Positions 29,714-32,000 of a stretch of 32,000 nucleotides of DNA are shown one piece after another; position 1 is the stretch's first letter, and the number at the start of each line of letters is the position of its first letter. The notes below the pieces were generated by a model. That model did no database searches and was not told the DNA's origin. It was given only the letters and a program-made list of their open reading frames with translations. Source of the DNA: Prochlorococcus marinus subsp. pastoris str. CCMP1986 (GTDB lineage Bacteria > Cyanobacteriota > Cyanobacteriia > PCC-6307 > Cyanobiaceae). The stretch is from contig NC_005072.1 of the NCBI RefSeq assembly GCF_000011465.1, positions 1,260,001 to 1,292,000 of the forward strand. Direction: 5' to 3'. The position numbers and the translations under genes were made by a program.

Positions 29714-30442
29714 TTAAATAAAATTGTTTATTCTTTTATTAATTTCACTATAGGCTTCAATAAAGCCACCTAAATCATTTCTAAATCTATCTTTATCAAG
29801 GCTTACTATCATACCATTTTTTTGATTCAGATCCCATAATCGGCAATTATCAGGACTGATCTCATCACCTAAAACAATTTGCCCGTTAGAGTTATAGCCA
29901 AACTCTAATTTAAAATCCACAAGATCTAATTTGATATTGTAGAAGAATTTTTTGAGAAGTTTGTTAATCTTTAATGTCATATTACTTATAAAGTCTAGTT
30001 CCTCTTCATCAACTATCTTCAATAAATTAATTCTATCTTTTGTTAAAAGAGGATCATTAAGAGTATCATTTTTAAGATAAAAATCAATCAAGGGGCTTTC
30101 CAAAACTGTTCCTGGCTTGATTGTAGTCTGTTTACACAGAGATCCATATGCGGTATTTCTAAGAACAACTTCAAGGGGGATGATTTTTATTTTTTGAGCA
30201 ATCATTGAATTATTATTTTTGAGTCCAATGTAATGCGTTGGTATGTTGTTTTTTATAAGAAACTCAAATATTTTTGAACTTATAAGACAATTCAATTCCC
30301 CTTTGCCCTCAAACTTAGCTTTCTTCAATGCATTAAAAGCAGTTGCATCATCTTTGAATTCAATTATTACTTTATCTGAATCCTCATAAGCAAATATTTT
30401 TTTTGCTTTACCTTCATAAATAAACTTTAATTTACTATTCAT
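29714..30442 (-). CDS. purC: phosphoribosylaminoimidazole-succinocarboxamide synthase (SAICAR synthetase)
   Basis: Motifs IYEGKAKKIF, PLEVVLRN, LVDFKLEFG and SPDNCRLWD. Confidence 0.95.
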   Translation of the reverse strand: MNSKLKFIYEGKAKKIFAYEDSDKVIIEFKDDATAFNALKKAKFEGKGELNCLISSKIFEFLIKNNIPTHYIGLKNNNSMIAQKIKIIPLEVVLRNTAYGSLCKQTTIKPGTVLESPLIDFYLKNDTLNDPLLTKDRINLLKIVDEEELDFISNMTLKINKLLKKFFYNIKLDLVDFKLEFGYNSNGQIVLGDEISPDNCRLWDLNQKNGMIVSLDKDRFRNDLGGFIEAYSEINKRINNFI

Positions 30443-30575
30443 TAAAAACCCCTTTGAGAACTAAAAATAGAATATAATTTAATTATTAGCTAGTAATAGA
30501 AATGTTTAATAGACTAAAAGATCTATTTTTAATTGAAATACATTTCAAACCCTATTATATATAAAGACCCTCTTC

Positions 30576-31913
30576 ATGAGTATTAATACAATCAACTCTA
30601 AAAGTTCTAATAAATTAGAAAATATTTTAATAATTGGTAATGGCGGTCGAGAAAACGCATTAGCATGGGCTATTCAAAAAAATGACTTAATCAAGAAAAT
30701 TTATCTACTCCCAGGTAATGCTGGTTCAAAAAAAATAAATAAATCTGAGAGAATTAATTTAGATTTAAAGAATACTAAAGTATTAACCTCAAAACTAAAA
30801 TTTCTAAATATTGACTTAATAGTAATAGGACCAGAGACACCTTTGGCAGAGGGCTTAGGAGAGGTTCTTCGGAGAAATAACTTTGATGTGTTTGGTCCTG
30901 GACCAGATGGAGCCAAATTAGAATCAAGTAAATCTTGGGCAAAGGAATTTATGAAAGACGCAAATATTCCCACTGCAAATTTTTGGAAAGTTAAGTCATT
31001 AAAGGAAGCAAAAAAAATTATCTTTACATCTCCAAATCCATTAGTAGTAAAAGCTGACGGGTTAGCTTCAGGGAAAGGAGTTTTCATCCCTGAATCAAAA
31101 GAAGCATCTATAAATGCTACGGAAGAAATATTTAAGGGGAAATTTGGTAATGCTGGCGAAATAATTGTTTTGGAAGAAAAAATTGAGGGTCCAGAAGTTT
31201 CGGTTTTTGCTCTTTGCGATGGAAAGAAATATGTTTTACTTCCTACAGCTCAAGATCATAAACGACTTAATGAGAATGATAAAGGGCCAAATACGGGAGG
31301 AATGGGGGCTTATTCTCCTACTCCAATGATGACAAAAAGTCTTCTTGAAACTATTACTAAGGAAATAATTGAGCCTACAATTAATTCATTGTTGCGGAAG
31401 AATATCGACTACAAAGGGGTTCTATATTTTGGCTTAATGATCACAAAATCAGGACCAAAAGTTATAGAATATAACTGTAGATTTGGCGATCCTGAATGCC
31501 AAACAATAATGCCTTTAATGGACAAAGACTTTGTGATTCTTTTACAAAAATGTGCCAAGGGTAATCTTCTCGGAAACGAAAAAATTAAAATGTCGAATAA
31601 ATTCAGCGGTTGTGTAATTGCAACTTCAAAAGGTTACCCTCATAATTATAAAAAAGGTTTTCCGATAACATACGGCAATATCGACTATGAACATTGTCAA
31701 ATCTTCGATTCTGGAACATCATTAAATTCTAAAGGTGAATTTATTACGGATGGAGGGAGAGTGCTTAGTATTGTTTGTCAAGGCGAAGATTTTAATAAAG
31801 TTTTTGAAAAGGCTTATAAGAATTTAAAAGAAATAAGTTTTGACGGTATTTATTATAGAAAAGATATTGGTCATCAAGTCAGAATAAAAAAAATTGCTGA
31901 GAGGACTAACTAA
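30576..31913 (+). CDS. purD: phosphoribosylamine--glycine ligase
   Basis: Motifs GNGGRENALAW, VVKADGLASGKGV, NTGGMGAYSP, EYNCRFGDPE and GGRVLS. Confidence 0.96.
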   Translation: MSINTINSKSSNKLENILIIGNGGRENALAWAIQKNDLIKKIYLLPGNAGSKKINKSERINLDLKNTKVLTSKLKFLNIDLIVIGPETPLAEGLGEVLRRNNFDVFGPGPDGAKLESSKSWAKEFMKDANIPTANFWKVKSLKEAKKIIFTSPNPLVVKADGLASGKGVFIPESKEASINATEEIFKGKFGNAGEIIVLEEKIEGPEVSVFALCDGKKYVLLPTAQDHKRLNENDKGPNTGGMGAYSPTPMMTKSLLETITKEIIEPTINSLLRKNIDYKGVLYFGLMITKSGPKVIEYNCRFGDPECQTIMPLMDKDFVILLQKCAKGNLLGNEKIKMSNKFSGCVIATSKGYPHNYKKGFPITYGNIDYEHCQIFDSGTSLNSKGEFITDGGRVLSIVCQGEDFNKVFEKAYKNLKEISFDGIYYRKDIGHQVRIKKIAERTN

Positions 31914-32000
31914 ATGATAGAGAGCAATGAGCCTAATAAAATAAAACTTAATCCTTCAAAAAAATTTATTGATGAAAATAATCCTGACCACTGGTCAAGC
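31914..32000 (+). CDS. 5' end of an unidentified ORF running off the window
   Basis: ATG directly after the purD stop (TAAATG). 29 open codons (MIESNEPNKIKLNPSKKFIDENNPDHWSS) reach the window end. Too short to identify. Confidence 0.3.
   Translation, partial: MIESNEPNKIKLNPSKKFIDENNPDHWSS

Noticed and set aside
30701-31087. 128-aa antisense ORF inside purD
   Set aside because: Shadow ORF opposite the well-conserved ATP-grasp part of purD.

Overview
This window looks like compact, strongly AT-rich core chromosome of a marine picocyanobacterium. The gene content, the gene order and the very short gene junctions fit a high-light-adapted Prochlorococcus marinus best. This is my recognition of the proteins and synteny, not a database search.

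Gene order, left to right:
- ddl (5' partial), a small membrane protein, ftsQ and ftsZ.
- An SRP (4.5S) RNA on the minus strand that the ORF track cannot show.
- panB, converging on hemW.
- A membrane PIN-TRAM protein, then clpR, clpP3, ilvC and cbiB.
- A high-light-inducible protein plus four small membrane or secreted ORFs.
- hup (HU) with a clean intrinsic terminator.
- A 632-nt non-coding spacer, then glgX.
- tRNA-Gly(UCC) on the minus strand.
- A GPH-family sugar symporter (glcH/melB-like), mlaE and two conserved hypotheticals.
- plsY, converging on pyrF-tyrS and a small conserved protein.
- A hypothetical protein with a GIY-YIG-like core, then pepA.
- Converging on pepA, a minus-strand run: purC, then bamA-lpxC-fabZ-lpxA-lpxB-msrA.
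- purD and the first 29 codons of a further ORF.

I see no CRISPR array, transposase, integrase, phage genes, defence-type enzymes or long repeats. I cannot support a claim that the window holds a novel multi-gene system.

The items most worth a second look:
- The long hup/glgX spacer, which contains a 31-codon ORF and terminator-like hairpins.
- The small-protein cluster at 10.2-11.6 kb.
- The GIY-YIG-like protein.
- The small membrane protein that overlaps the ftsQ start.
- The membrane PIN-TRAM gene next to clpR/clpP3.

All long antisense or alternative-frame ORFs in the track were rejected as shadow ORFs.
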